Shown piece after piece: positions 38,834 through 51,697 of a DNA stretch of 64,000 bases. Both the position numbers and the translations under genes were made by a program. The first letter of the stretch is position 1. Each line of letters starts with the position of its first letter. This DNA is from Octopus vulgaris (Eukaryota), in assembly GCA_951406725.2 (NCBI GenBank), contig OX597832.1:51026001-51090000 (forward strand). The letters are read 5' to 3'. The notes below the pieces were generated by a model, which saw nothing but the letters and a program-made list of their open reading frames with translations, ran no database searches and had not been told where the DNA came from.

Positions 38834-39105
38834 AGTTCTATATTTAAGAGATGAGGAATTATGTACATTATTTCCATTCAACGGATATTTGTCCTCATCT
38901 TGTTTGTTGCTAACACAACGTTTCGGCTTATATACCCTCCAAGCCTTCTCCAGGTGTCTTGGGGAAATTTCAAACCTAGGTTCTCATTCCTAAGGTATTT
39001 TTCAATGTTATTATTATTATTATTGTTGTTCAGATCACTGCTTGGAATTGAACTCGGAATCTTGGGGTTAGTAGCCCGCACTCTTAACCCCAAGATTCCA
39101 AGTTT
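38834..39105 (-). mobile_element. Second copy of the tRNA-headed, hammerhead-bearing SINE (USB1 intron 3)
   Basis: Colinear with 59397-59650; motif ACAC-CTGGAGA-A-GGCTT-N10-AAGCC-GAAACGTT-GTGT; short inverted piece of the tRNA head at its 5' end. Confidence 0.75.
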
Positions 39106-39432
39106 GGTGTAGGCAGCAACAATGCTTTGATCATATCTCTACTCAATCAGGACTGACTTGAGAGTAAACAACAACAGCAATAACAAATTCTAGGTAACTG
39201 CTCACTGACTTCACCACAAGACAGACTTTTAATAATGGTTTTCAAATTCTCTTTTCATAAATCCCATGAACTCACCCACCCTCTCCAATCCCCAGTCCAC
39301 TTCCCTGTAATTTGGGTCTACCTCCACCTCCAACATCACATCTTCCCCATCTTCTCTCTCTCTCTCTCTATCTCTCTTTCTCTCTCTCTCTATCTCTCTC
39401 TCTCTATCTATCTCTATCTCTCTATCTATCTA

Positions 39433-39473
<41 letters not shown>

Positions 39474-40317
39474 TTCTCTCTCTCTCTCTCCTTTCTCCCC
39501 ACCTGAAGTAGCCATGCTTTTCCTCTGCTGCAAGACACCTTTCCTTGTCTCTCAATACTACTCCCCCGTCACCCAACTCAGTTAAGCGGTCTTGTCTTGC
39601 AAGTTACTTGCTCACCTCACTGTTGCTGCTGCTGGCGTCACATAAAAAGAACCCACTACACAGCACACTCCAATACACTTTGTAAAGTAGCCGACATCCG
39701 AAAGGACACCCAGCCATAGAAACCATGCCAAAACAGAAATCAGAGTTTGGTGCAGTCTTCTTACTTGCCAATTCCTGTCGAACTGTTCAACCCATGCCAG
39801 CATGTAAATCATCATCATCATCATCATCGTTTAGCGTCCGCTTTCCATGCTAGCATGGGGTGGACGGTGCAACTGGGGTCTGGGAAGCCAGAAGGCTGCA
39901 CCAGGCCCAGTCTGATCTGGCAATGTTTCTACGGCTGGATGCCCTTCCTAACACCAACCACTCCACGAGTGTAGTGGGTGCTTTTTACATGCCAGACGTG
40001 GCTGGCAAATGACCACGGTCGGATGGTATGATGATGGTGGTGATTTTTCATGAACCTAGGAATCATGAAAGGCAAAGCTGATCTTGGAAGGACTTGAACT
40101 CAGGAAGATAAAGATCCAGAACAAATGCCCCCCACTCCTAAAGCCCAAACATACCTTTAATAGTTATTTATAACATAGGACACAAACTATAAATTAGAAC
40201 TAAGAGGAATATGAGATTATATTGATCCCAGTGACTTTATTTTATCAACACAGAAATGATGAAAGGCAGAACTGACCTTGGTAGGATTTGAACTCAGAAC
40301 TTAAAGATCAAGAACAA

Positions 40318-40716
40318 ATAGGTGCAGGAGTGGCTGTGTGGTAAGTAGCTTGCTTATCAACCACATGGTTCCAGGTTCAGTCCCACTGCATGACACCTTG
40401 GGCAAGTGTCTTCTACTATAGCCTCGGGCCAACCAAAGCCTTGTGATTGGATTTGGTAGATGGAAACTGAAAGAAGCCCATCGTATATATGTATATATAT
40501 GTGTGTGTTTGTGTGTCTGTGTTTGTCTTCCCAACATCGCTTGACAACCGAAGCTGGTGTGTTTATGTCCCCATAACTTAGCGGTTCGGCAAAAGACTCT
40601 GATAGAATAAGTAGTAGGCTTACAAAGAATAAGTCTTGGGGTCGATTTGCTCGACTAAAGGCGGTGCTCCAGCATGGCCGCAGTCAAATGACTGAAACAA
40701 AAGAGTAAAAGAGTAA
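40318..40716 (+). mobile_element. tRNA-derived SINE family A, representative full copy
   Basis: Box A TGGCTGTGTGG, box B GGTTCAGTCC, internal (TA)/(TG) microsatellite, AAAGAGT tail. Further copies at ~2142, 6140, 14770, 20898, 23975, 25757, 31465, 32258, 41885, 43203, 48195, 58955. Confidence 0.9.
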
Positions 40717-41497
40717 ATACTGAATAGCATTCTGTCTGACACTCTACTGATTCTGCCAATTTACAACCCCAAGGCATACATTCAATAACTCTCATGCACA
40801 CATCGCTGGGCTAAGAGAGCTATGTTGTTACATTCTATGTGTTCTAAAACCAAAGATCCAGGTAGATCAAACATATACACGCACATACATACATCATCAT
40901 CATCCTCATCATCATCATCATTGTTTAACGTCTGCTTTCCATGCTAGCATGGGTTGGACGGTTTGACTGTGGGCTGGTGAACCAGATGGCTGCACCAGGC
41001 TCCAGTCTTGATCTGGCAGAGTTTCTACAGCTGGATGCCCTTCCTAACGCCAACCACTCTGAGTGTAATTGGTGCTTTTACGTGCCACCAGCACAGGGGC
41101 CAGTCAGGTGGTACTAGCAACGACCTCGCTCGAATTTTCTTTTTACACATACATACATAATAAAAAAATAAACGTGCCCTTCTAAAGCCTAGCCGGGCCT
41201 GGTTTCAATGGCGTATGCATACCCCAGCTGGACGGGACGCCAGTCCATCGCAGCGTTACTCATTTTTGCCAGCTGAGTGGACTGGAGCAACGTGAAATTA
41301 AGTGTTTTGCTCAAGAACACAACGCGTCACCCGGTCCAGGAATCAAAACTACAATCTTATGATCATGATGCTGACACCCTAACCACTAAGCCACACACCT
41401 CCACATATACATACATAAGCTTTCTGTATTACACATGGTTAAGATTTTGATCTTCTCTACACGTTTCAGCACAGAAGTAAAAAAAAATTGTACAAAC

Positions 41498-41678
41498 CTG
41501 ACAGCATCCTGTAGACTTACTGACAGACTGTCAGTGAGAGGCTGAATCCAATGATGACGTATTGGCACTGTCTTTGACAAACTAAGATGAAGCTGAGAGT
41601 ATGCTTTGAAATCTGCAAAAGGCTCCAGTTCCGAAAGTAGAAGTCTCTGTATTTCTGCAAAGTGTTCGTTTCTTTCCA
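41498..41678 (-). CDS. USB1: USB1 exon 3 (first catalytic HxS motif)
   Basis: ctccag|TG...AG|gtttg; VERNEHFAEIQRLLLSELEPFADFKAYSQLHLSLSKTVPIRHHWIQPLTDSLSVSLQDAV. Confidence 0.95.
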
Positions 41679-42983
41679 CTGGAGAAAAGAAGAACAGCAT
41701 AAAAAAAAATCCTCCTCCTCATTATCATCATTAACTTTTAGCATGCTGGAGACACATTATGTTGCAGTATGAGTTTTCTCCCCTGTCAATGTGACTCAAT
41801 GCATCTGCTGCTACAGGGGACAAAACATGGCTCAGACGGAAATTTACTGAGACAAATTTTGTACAGCCAGATGTCTTTCCTTTCTGAAAGAAGCCCGTCG
41901 TATATGTGTGTGTGTTTGTGTGTTTGTGTGTCTATGTTTGTCCCCCCCCCCCCAACATCGCTTGACAACAGATGCTGGAGTGTTTACATCCCTGTAACTT
42001 AGCAGTTCGGCAAAAGAGACGGATAGAATAAGTACTAGGCTAACAAAGAATAAGTCCTGCAGTCGATTTGCTCAACTAAAAGGCGGTGCTCCAGCATGGC
42101 CACAGTCACATGACTGAAACAAGTAAAAAAGTAAAGAGTAAAAGAGTATATCTGTGGAGTGCTCAGCCACTTGCACATTAATTTCACGGGCAGGCTGTTC
42201 CATTGATTAGATCAACCAGAACCCTCATTATCAGAACCAGCAGAGTGCCAGTAATACATTGCTGCCCCCACGCCCCAAAATGCAGAGGCCCTTGGCAACT
42301 GCCCTGTGTACCTTAAGATGACATTGCTTACCATCACTCTACGTCTTCCACAGCTCAACAACATCTTATCATCAATCTACCATGTCTGCAACAAATCCAA
42401 TATCCACCACAAATCTAAAACATCTACCACCATCCTACAATCATCATCATCATCATCATCATCATCGTTTAGCGTCCGCTTTCCATGCTGGCATGGGTTG
42501 GACGGTTCAACTGGGGTCTGGGAAGCCAGAAGGCTGCACCAGGCCCAGTTTGATCTGGCAATGTTTCTACGACTGGATGCCCTTCCTAACGCCAACTACT
42601 CCATGAGTGTAGTGGGTGCTTTTTATGTTCCACTGGCACAGGTGCCAGACGAGGCAGGCAAACGGCCACGATTGGATGATGCTTTTTACGTGTCACTGGC
42701 ACAGGGACCAGGCAAGGCTGGCAACGGCCACGATCGGATGGTGCTTTTTACGTGCCACCGGCACGAAGCATACAATATACCACAAATCTTCAATGTCTAC
42801 CACCACTACTTTACAATGGTTACCAAAACTCTACCAGACTTATCAGCACTCTGCAATGCCTATGACCACCAGTCTACAGTGCTTATTGCCACAATACAGG
42901 ATCTTTCTTACCACCTTTCTACAATAATCAAACACTTTATCATTTATGATAGATTAAAGAAGCAACTAAATAAATATCCTTAC

Positions 42984-43129
42984 CTTCAATGTACACATGG
43001 GTCGCCCAGTTACCGGCAAGATGAGGGAAACTTCTAATACGTCCTTCATGAAAATCAGGATTGTCAACAACAGAGATTTCTTTTTCTTTAAACATGTTTT
43101 TAATGTCATCTGGCAATGGAAGTGGGTCT
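42984..43129 (-). CDS. USB1: USB1 exon 2
   Basis: tttcag|A GAC...GAA G|gtaag; DPLPLPDDIKNMFKEKEISVVDNPDFHEGRIRSFPHLAGNWATHVYIE (the H.GR.RSFPH..GNWATHVY signature). Confidence 0.95.
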
Positions 43130-43884
43130 CTGAAATAATTTACCGCAATCATAATTGAAGAGAAAAAAAAACAGTGACTTGGATTGAAGTATATTTTTCT
43201 GACATAGGCTAAGGCATGACTGAGTTGTAAGAAGTCTGCTTCCCAACCACATAGTTCCAGGTTCAGATCCACTGCATGGCACTTTGGGCAAGTGTCTCCT
43301 ATAATAATCCCAGGCCAACCAAAATGTTGTGAGTGGATCTGTTAGACGGAAATTGAAAGAAGCCTGTTGTGTGTGTATCTTTGTGCATGTGTTGGTTCTC
43401 CCTACCACTGCTTCACGACTGATGTTGGTTTGTTTACATCCCCATAAATCTAGTGGTTCAACAAAAGAGATCAATAGAATAAGTAACAGGCCTAAAACAA
43501 ATAAGCACCAGGATCAATTTGTTCAACTAAGCCCTTCAAAGAAGTACCCCAGCATGGCCACCGTTCCGACTGAAACACTCTACCTGTTTTATGCTCAAAC
43601 CATCCAGATCTGGCCTCTCACACCTACCCTACAATATCGTTCTAAAAATTAAACAATCACATCATTGAAATCTTGAAGCTACAAGATAATACATGATGAA
43701 TTTAACCCTTTCGTTACCAACCCGGCTGAAACCAGCTCTGGTTCTGTAATACAAATGTCTTGTTTTCATAAGTTTTGAATTAAAATCTTCCACCAAATCT
43801 TAGTCACAATTAATGTTCCTAACACTTGCTTAATGATAACTAAGTTATTTTACTAATTTCTTTTATATTTAAAATAATTCTGAA

Positions 43885-44330
43885 CGCTTTACTTCCCTGT
43901 GCATGGATACATTGAAACTCTGACGTCTGGCAGCTGACTTGGTAGACACCCATCAAATTATTATCCATCTTACAAACAATAACTCTGAGCACCTTTTCAA
44001 ACTCCACCTGTCTAACACCCGTGGACATGTTTACAAAGTCAGAAAACAGCACAGCTCCCATGACTTTAGGAAACATTTCTTCACGTTGAGAGTTGCTGAA
44101 GCATGGAACAAACTGCCGGCATCAGTTGTTAGTTGTCGGAGCACTGCATCCTTCAAAACTTCCATGCTTCCTGAGATTCGCCAACACTACACCTGATTTT
44201 CTCTCCTCCATACACATGCAAGCATGTATCTGACTCATACACTGTTCACTTTCCAGGCATTTGTATATTACTGCATATGCTTTATATGCACTTTTGACAA
44301 GTTATGGTGCACCTGAACACTGTATACAAT
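43885..44330 (+). mobile_element. CR1-like LINE 3' fragment (another copy at ~30716-31087, minus)
   Basis: NTRGHVYKVRKQHSSHDFRKHFFTLRVAEAWNKLPASVV is the typical CR1-group ORF2 C-terminus; the 3' UTR is shared. Confidence 0.85.
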
Positions 44331-45449
44331 AAAACAGAGCATCTCAAAAGAATTACAGTAACGAAAGGATTAAAACAACATGAACAAAATAAGCCTTACA
44401 TTAGATAGAAAATCTGAATGCTAATGGGTACCTTGGCAGAATTATTAAAGTATCAAGCAAAATGCATTGTAGCGTCTGTGCCAGCTTTTAGCATTCTGAG
44501 TTGAAAACCCATCAAAGACAACTTTGTTTTTCATTCCTCAGGTGCTGATAAAATAAAGTACCAGTCGATTACTGGAACTGATTTCATTAACTAAACTGTT
44601 CTCTACAAATTTCTGGCGTTTTGTCTTTGTTAAATACATTTTAATTTTAAATTTGTTGTAAGCATATAGAACTCAACGGAAAGCTTTTAGATATTTACTT
44701 ATCTAGTAAAGTGATTTGATCTGATACCATGTGCTGAAGCTGGAGCAGTTACATTGTGCGACAAAAAGCAAAGTTAGCTCCGGCGGAATTTGAACTCAAG
44801 AGCGTAAAAAAGCCGGAACAAATGCTGCAAGGTATTCTATTGCCTCTAACGATCGATTCACCGCCTTATGAACCAATAACAAGCAATAATTTCTAACATA
44901 GGCAGAAGGCCAGAAATTCAGAGAAAGAACTATTTGAAACTATTTCTTGACTTATGCTTATTTTATTGACCCCGGAAAGATGAACGGTAAAGTTGATCTC
45001 GCAAGGCATTTGAACTCAGTATTTAAGGCACCGTCCACGTACAAATGATTTTGCCAGACAAATATATTTCTGTATTACCCACAAGGGGCTAAACACAGAA
45101 GGGACAAACAAGGACAGGTAAACGGATTAAGTCGATTACATCGACTCCAGTGCGTAACTGGTATTTAATTTATCGACCCCCCGAAAGGATGAAAGGCAAA
45201 GTCGACCTCGGCGTAATTTGAACCCAGAACGAAATACGGTTACGCATTTCGCCCGGCGTGCTAACGTTTCTGCCAGTTCGCAGGACGATTCACAGAGGCT
45301 GATTTCCCAAAGTTACTCGACATTCTGTCAGGAATAGTTTGCATCTTAACACCGATATCACTCAAACAGGGGAAACATTATCACTGACACCGTTTTACTA
45401 CAACTCGTGTATTGTCGAGGGACAATTTATAAACATTCGAAGTTCTCAC

Positions 45450-45595
45450 CTGTGTCGCCTTTTAGTATTTATTTCTTTTTCAGGTGTTGCACTACATGGT
45501 GATTTTCGTTTTAAACAACTCTCCTTACTGTCTTCCTCATCACCGAGATCAGAATCTGAACTTCCCGAATAATCAACAATTCTTCCACTTGCCAT
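45450..45595 (-). CDS. USB1: USB1 (U6 snRNA phosphodiesterase) coding exon 1
   Basis: ATG at 45595; MASGRIVDYSGSSDSDLGDEEDSKESCLKRKSPCSATPEKEINTKRRH(R), with the typical 'lVdYsssd' start; donor AG|gtgag, phase 2, compatible with exon 2. Confidence 0.88.
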
Positions 45596-45711
45596 TAAGA
45601 TTGAGCCTACCGGTGTTTTACAAAATTTACTTCCTTATTAATTTTTTTCCATGTGCTTTTATTGTCAACTGGGTTTCACTGATGTGCTTCATGTTTGATA
45701 AAAGAAAGTTG

Positions 45712-46133
45712 GGATCTTTTCGGTTTGAACGGCAGTTTTTTTCTAGCGGTGTCATATGAAATTGTCACCCATAGTATCGATCTATTGCATTTTAATCTGT
45801 TTTAGGGTTTGGGTTAGTTAGGGTTAGGGTTAGGGGTGGGTGGAAGGGTATCTTTTTTTCTTCACAAATGTAAATAAACCCAATCTGTTTCTTAAACGAG
45901 GGACATATTCAGACGGCACAGAATGTTTTTTTTACCTCAATAGACGTCATTGATTGATTGAAATTGCAGAAATTGAAGAAAAAACAACAAATATCTTACA
46001 AACTATAGAATTTTCTCAATATAGCCAAGAGAAAAGATGTTTTATAAACACATTCTACCAGTATACGAAGTTTAAAAGTGTTTAGTTACGTGGAAATTAT
46101 TTTTAAAAACTACCGTTCAAACCGAAAAGATCC
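45712..46133. mobile_element. MITE (GGATCTTTTCGG family) immediately upstream of the USB1 start codon
   Basis: TIRs with 8-bp TSD GAAAGTTG. Confidence 0.92.
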
Positions 46134-48473
46134 GAAAGTTGTCCCACAGCTAAATATATTTTTTACTATTTCTGATTATCAGCATTCTTATGGCAGTATC
46201 AGTGGGGAAGAAATGCCACACAACATTCAATTTCGTTCTCTTATAGACTGAGTTAAAATCCACCGGGTTCGACATTGCCTTTCACCCGTTATTTGGGAAT
46301 TGGTGCCCAACCACGTTGTTCCTGGTTCGATCCCACTACGCGCTGTCTTGAACATTGTTTTCTCATGAAAATTTGATACAAGAAAATTGTGGCGTTGCTG
46401 TCTTCAGCATCATTTTATATCGTTTTTCTAGGCTACCATGAATTAGTGGGTCGTCATGTTCTGTATTTCGTAGCATGCACAGCTACAGAAAAAGCCAGCC
46501 GACTTTGGTACTGTGAACTGAATGTATTTTGATGAGTCAACGAAAGATGTTGTTCCCATCTAGGAGGGCTAAAGAAGCTTCTTTATCCAGAAGTTTATAT
46601 TCACATTTACTGTGTCTCCTAAGCTGGGGAGCCAATAATGTAACTCACTGAATCCAGATTCCATTTTGATAGGGTTTCTATTGCTGGATACCCTTCCTAT
46701 CACCAATCACTTTACAAAGAGAAGTGATATCTTGCAAACAACTTGCACATGCAAGTGCTACCAGTTAAAAGCTCTGTATACCGGAAGCTAGCAAGTGTAT
46801 GGGGTCATCAGGAGAGAATGTGCGCTGTTTCGGGGCCTACCTCTCGACGGCATCAATGCACACCGGCCCCGCTTGCTAGATCAGCTGGTTATGAAGAACT
46901 CAATATACTTCTAGACATCGCTCATCGTCTCTTTTTAGCCAAATCCAGTGGCTAGCCTTCTCCACTGTAGATAGGACTAAAGAGTGCCCTTCATCCTTGA
47001 ATCAGTTCTTGTGTGTATGCCATTTTCTCTATCCAAAGGCTATAAACATAATTGAAAAAGAGGTGCTTAACAAACAAAGTCGCTTGTCATATTTGTTCTT
47101 TAGCTAGTTCCAGACATTTCCTTGACAGTTTCACTCAGAAATGCAGTGAAGCAGTAATTGACCCCTATATAACCAATGACATTACACCAATTGTTTTATA
47201 AAATAAAATAAACAGGATTGAGAAGACCCAGCAAACCAAATGAGACCATAACCTCGTGGCCTATGCCAGGGGTGTAACCAACCCACTTATTATGCGTACC
47301 TTTCCTTCGTTGGACACTAAACTCTGCTTGCAAAGACCTGTTGAGGCAAGTGTAATCGAAATCAAATTTGATGACTGGCATCCGTGCTAGTGGAGCGCTA
47401 AGAGCACCATCCAAGCATGATAGTTGCCAGAGCGGCAAACTGGCTTCCGTGCCGGTGGCACGTACAAAGCACCATTTGAGTGTGATCGTTACCAGCGACG
47501 CCTTACTGGTACTTGTGCCGGTGGCACGTGAAAAAACAATCAAGTAAGGTCGTTGCCAATGCCGCTGGACTAGATCCTGTGCAGGTAGCACGTAAAAAAC
47601 ATCATTTGAGTGTGGCCATTGTCAGTACTGCCTGACTGGCCCTTGTGCTGGTGGCACATAAAAAGCACCCACTACACTCTCGGAGTTGAGGCAAGTGAAA
47701 ATCGAAATCGATCAACATCAATGGAAATTGTAGTTGTGATACCAGCGCTGGTGGCACGTAAGAGAACCATCCAAATGTGGCCGTTGCCAGCGCTGCCCCG
47801 ACTGGCCTCCGTGCCGGTGGCACATAAAAAGCACCCACTACAATCATGGAGTGGTTGGCGTTAGGAAGGGCATCCAGCTGTAGAAACACTGCCAGATCAG
47901 ACTGAGCCTGGTGCAGCCTTCTGGCTTCCCAGACCCCGGTCGAACCGTCCAACCCATGCTAGTATGGAAAGCGGATGCTAAACGATGATGATGATGATTA
48001 CTAAGAATGAAGGTTTTCCAACTGTGCTGTCCTTGTATCATGCCTTCAAAATCCTGTGGGACAACAGGTCCCTTGTCAGGAAGAGCATCCAGCTGTAGAA
48101 CAATACCTTACTAATAAATTCCTCTAACCCATGATAACATGGAAAGACAGACATAAACATCAAATGAATATATGTAGAGGCATATATATACGTCCTTTTG
48201 CTTGTTTCAGTCATTGAACTGTGGCCATGCTGAAGCACTGCCTTGAATAGTTTAGTCAAACTAATTGATTCCTGTACTTACTCTATTGGTTTCTTTTAAC
48301 CAACTGCTAAGTTATGGGGCATAAATAAACCAACAATGGTTTTCAAGCAGTGGTGGAGGTACAAACACAAACACACATGCATATGTGTGTGTGTGTGTAT
48401 GTTGTTATGGTTGAGGATAGTCACATTTTGCCAATTAAACACACTCACTATATACTTGATCTTCACTTCAGCT

Positions 48474-48926
48474 TTATTACCTCTGCCTTAGCAAAGGCGG
48501 AGGTATTGTTTTCAGATGTGCTTGTTTGTCCATGGACAAGATATCTCAAGTTTTGTTTCATTAAACTGAAATGTGTTTTGTAAGAAATTTCGTTACGATA
48601 AAACTTATCCTTTTAGCTTTTCACATTATTCTGTCAAAAGTGAAGCTTTCTGGATGGATTCGGATGAAACTTTCAGTGATGTTTAGCCACATAACTAGCA
48701 CGAACTGATTAGATTTTGGGATCGATCTGGTACCAGATGAGGATTCTGGATTATTTTTCCTGTTTCTTTTACTTAATTTTTGAGAGCGGTCGGGTTCATT
48801 TTTAGTATTCTTGTTTGTGAGATCAGTCGAGTTTATTTCAAATATTCTCATTTTAAAAATCATTTCAGGCTAATCATTGAGAGGACAGTGTTGCCTTGGC
48901 GGAGGTTTGTGCTGAGTGCTCTTGTA
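48474..48926. mobile_element. Helentron-associated (HINE/DINE-1-like) non-autonomous element
   Basis: TTATTACCTCTGCCTTAGCAAAGGCGGAGGTATTG at the 5' end and CCTTGGCGGAGGTTTGTGCTGAGTGCTCTTG at the 3' end (subterminal inverted repeats). Confidence 0.6.
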
Positions 48927-50326
48927 ATTATTATTTTAGTTTCTTTGTCAAAGTTCTTTTGTCACACACCTGTGACCTCTTCACCAACTCTCTATCTCAA
49001 GTGTCTCTTATTCTTCTGCTTATTCCATTTTGTCTTTCTATGGAATCTGTCTCTATTTGCACATGCAATTACATCTGTATCTTTGTGTGTGTGTTTGCTT
49101 ACTACACTGTTTGTACTTGTCTTTTACTTTTTTTTTCTCATTCTGTCTTCAGTATGTGTATGCGTTTCCTCAAGCAGGGATTACTTGGAACTAAAACTAA
49201 TAGTTTCCACACAGATAAAACATCAGCAACCTCCACCAAAAAATGTGCACGTGCACGTGTGTGTGTGTGTGTATCTTAGTGAAATTTTTTTACCCCCATC
49301 AACATAGTCACTATCATCATCATCGTTGTAAGGCTCACTTTTTCATGCTTCAATGGAATTTGTTGAGACAGATATTCTATGGCCAGATGCCCTTAATGTT
49401 GTCAACCCTCATCTGTTTCCCAACAAGGTAATATTTCCCCACAGTCAGACATTGCTTTCACAGAACATTGAATTGAAAACGCCTTCTCAAACACAAATAA
49501 TACACAGGAAATAACATATATATATATATATACACACACACACATATATATACATATATATATATGTGTGGGGGCTGTATGTATGTATATATATTGGTTG
49601 TTTGGTGACTAACTTACTGATCAGTCAATGAAAATACTACAACAAACGTGTGGTAGATAGTCAATCACAGGGGAAGAGCCTCGGGGAAGGGGGGGCATTT
49701 ACACCTTGCATAAAGATACTCATTTACAATTAATGCACAATGTCAAAACAAGGAGACATGCACCCCATGTGCGTATCTTTTTTCCATCTACCAAATCACT
49801 CCAAAGTCTTTGGACTTTGTTAATGAGAAAACAAAGTTTGGTTCCTTATAATTCTTTGCCATGATGTTAGAGAAGTCTTTATTTTGTTAGACGTAGCAAT
49901 TTCTCTGCCCCTTTTCCTTATCCTCACAGACTTACCCCTACTATGAAAGGCACTGGGCTAAATGACAGGTCCCTTACCCCCTAGGGGTCATTGGGGCAAT
50001 GCGGCCATGCAGTGTATCTTGGGTGAGAAAGCCTGGCAGAGTCCACCCCTCTCCAGACTAAACTCATTTCTACAGCCGAGTGGACTGGAGCAACGTGAAA
50101 TTAAGTGTTTTGCTCAAAAACAGAATGGATCACCTGGTCCAGGGATCAAAACCACAATCTTACAGTTGTGAGTCCAATACCCTAACCACTAAGCCACTTG
50201 TCTCCACAAATAAAAAGAACATTGAATAACCCAGATAGCTTTAGTGCTGTCTCCTTTCTTTCACTGTCAACCAGAACAATCAAACTCCACTCATTACATA
50301 CTGTCTCCTATCTCCACACCCTACAC

Positions 50327-50527
50327 CAGTGCTTTTCAAACTTTTTGCTGGAGTGGAACCCCAAGGAAACATTCCACTGGCTCGAGGAACCCCTGTGCAA
50401 TAATTTAATAGTCTTATGCACACAAATCTGCACAGGAGACTTAAAAATTACTGCCAATTTTAGCAGTTTTGTAACTTCTTGCGGAACCCCTGGACTGTAC
50501 TGGCGGAACCCTGGTTGAAAACCACTG
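50327..50527. mobile_element. hAT (Charlie-like) MITE
   Basis: Same family as 16245; perfect 8-bp TSD CCCTACAC. Confidence 0.88.
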
Positions 50528-50739
50528 CCCTACACTAACCACAATAATCAATCTTTCCTCTGTTGAATTCAATCCCTTTGGAATTTCTTGCATGCTCTAT
50601 CCATGTTTTTCTTGCAGTAATTCAAGAACATCAACCACATCAATCTCACAGGTCTTGAGAAAGCTATAGACACATTCCGGTACCAAACCAAACCATTAAA
50701 AGAAATTTTTCTTTTGTTTTCAAATCAAGTAATTAAATA

Positions 50740-51198
50740 AATGGTCAGTGGCAAGAGAGGAAGAGGCCGACCAAGAACCCGCTGGCTTGACACCATCAAG
50801 AGGGATACCGGAATGGACATAGCCAATCTGAAAGAAGCGACCCAGGATAGAACTGACTGGAGGACACTGATCCAACGAGTAACCGAGAGTCGACTTCGAC
50901 TGAGCGGATAGAGAGAGAAGTATTGTACATATATACCGTCAGTTGTTAAAGATGAAAAATATGTGTTCAGAGAGAGCGATGGGGGGGAAGATAAACTATT
51001 GGAGAAGGACATCATGCTCGGAATGGTCAGTGGCAAGAGAGGAAGAGGCCGACCAAGAACCCGCTGGCTTGACACCATCAAGAGCGATACTGGAATAGAC
51101 AGCCAATCTGAAAGAAGCGGCCCAGGATTGAACTGACTGGAGGACACTGATCCAACGAGTGACCGAGAGTCGACTTCGACTGAGCGGATAGATAGATA
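50740..51198 (+). mobile_element. Two tandem RTE-clade LINE 3' ends
   Basis: VSGKRGRGRPRTRWLDTIK.DTG...QDRTDWRTLIQRVTESRLRLSG* occurs twice; other RTE-like pieces at ~36020-36170 and ~53735-53945. Confidence 0.85.
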
Positions 51199-51249
51199 GA
51201 ATTAAATAAAAAAAAACAGAAATAAATCAACAAGAAGCAAATTTAAATT

Positions 51250-51608
51250 CTATAAGATGAATCGTCACATTTTATTACCTGGCATTTTCACAGAGTCAGA
51301 ATGAAAAAATAATTTCCTGTTCTATCATTTTCCTCACAGGGATGTGTTTTGGAGTTTTGGTAATCCTTGCAACAGAAAACATTTCAGTTCATTTTTGTTC
51401 TTCTATAGACACATACCAACATTGGTTGTAGAATTCCACAAAAAGTTTTGCTTCTCTTTTTTTTTATATTTTTGGCTTCATTTTTCTGGTCCCTGGTCTT
51501 AAAGTTGTCAGAACGCCTTCTCAAACACAAATAATACACAGGAAATAATATATATATATATATACACACACATATATATATATACATATAATAAAATATT
51601 ATATAATA

Positions 51609-51652
<44 letters not shown>

Positions 51653-51655
51653 TAT

Positions 51656-51697
<42 letters not shown>

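Noticed and set aside
42306-43037. 243-aa ORF
   Set aside because: Runs through a family C SINE and ends antisense to USB1 exon 2.
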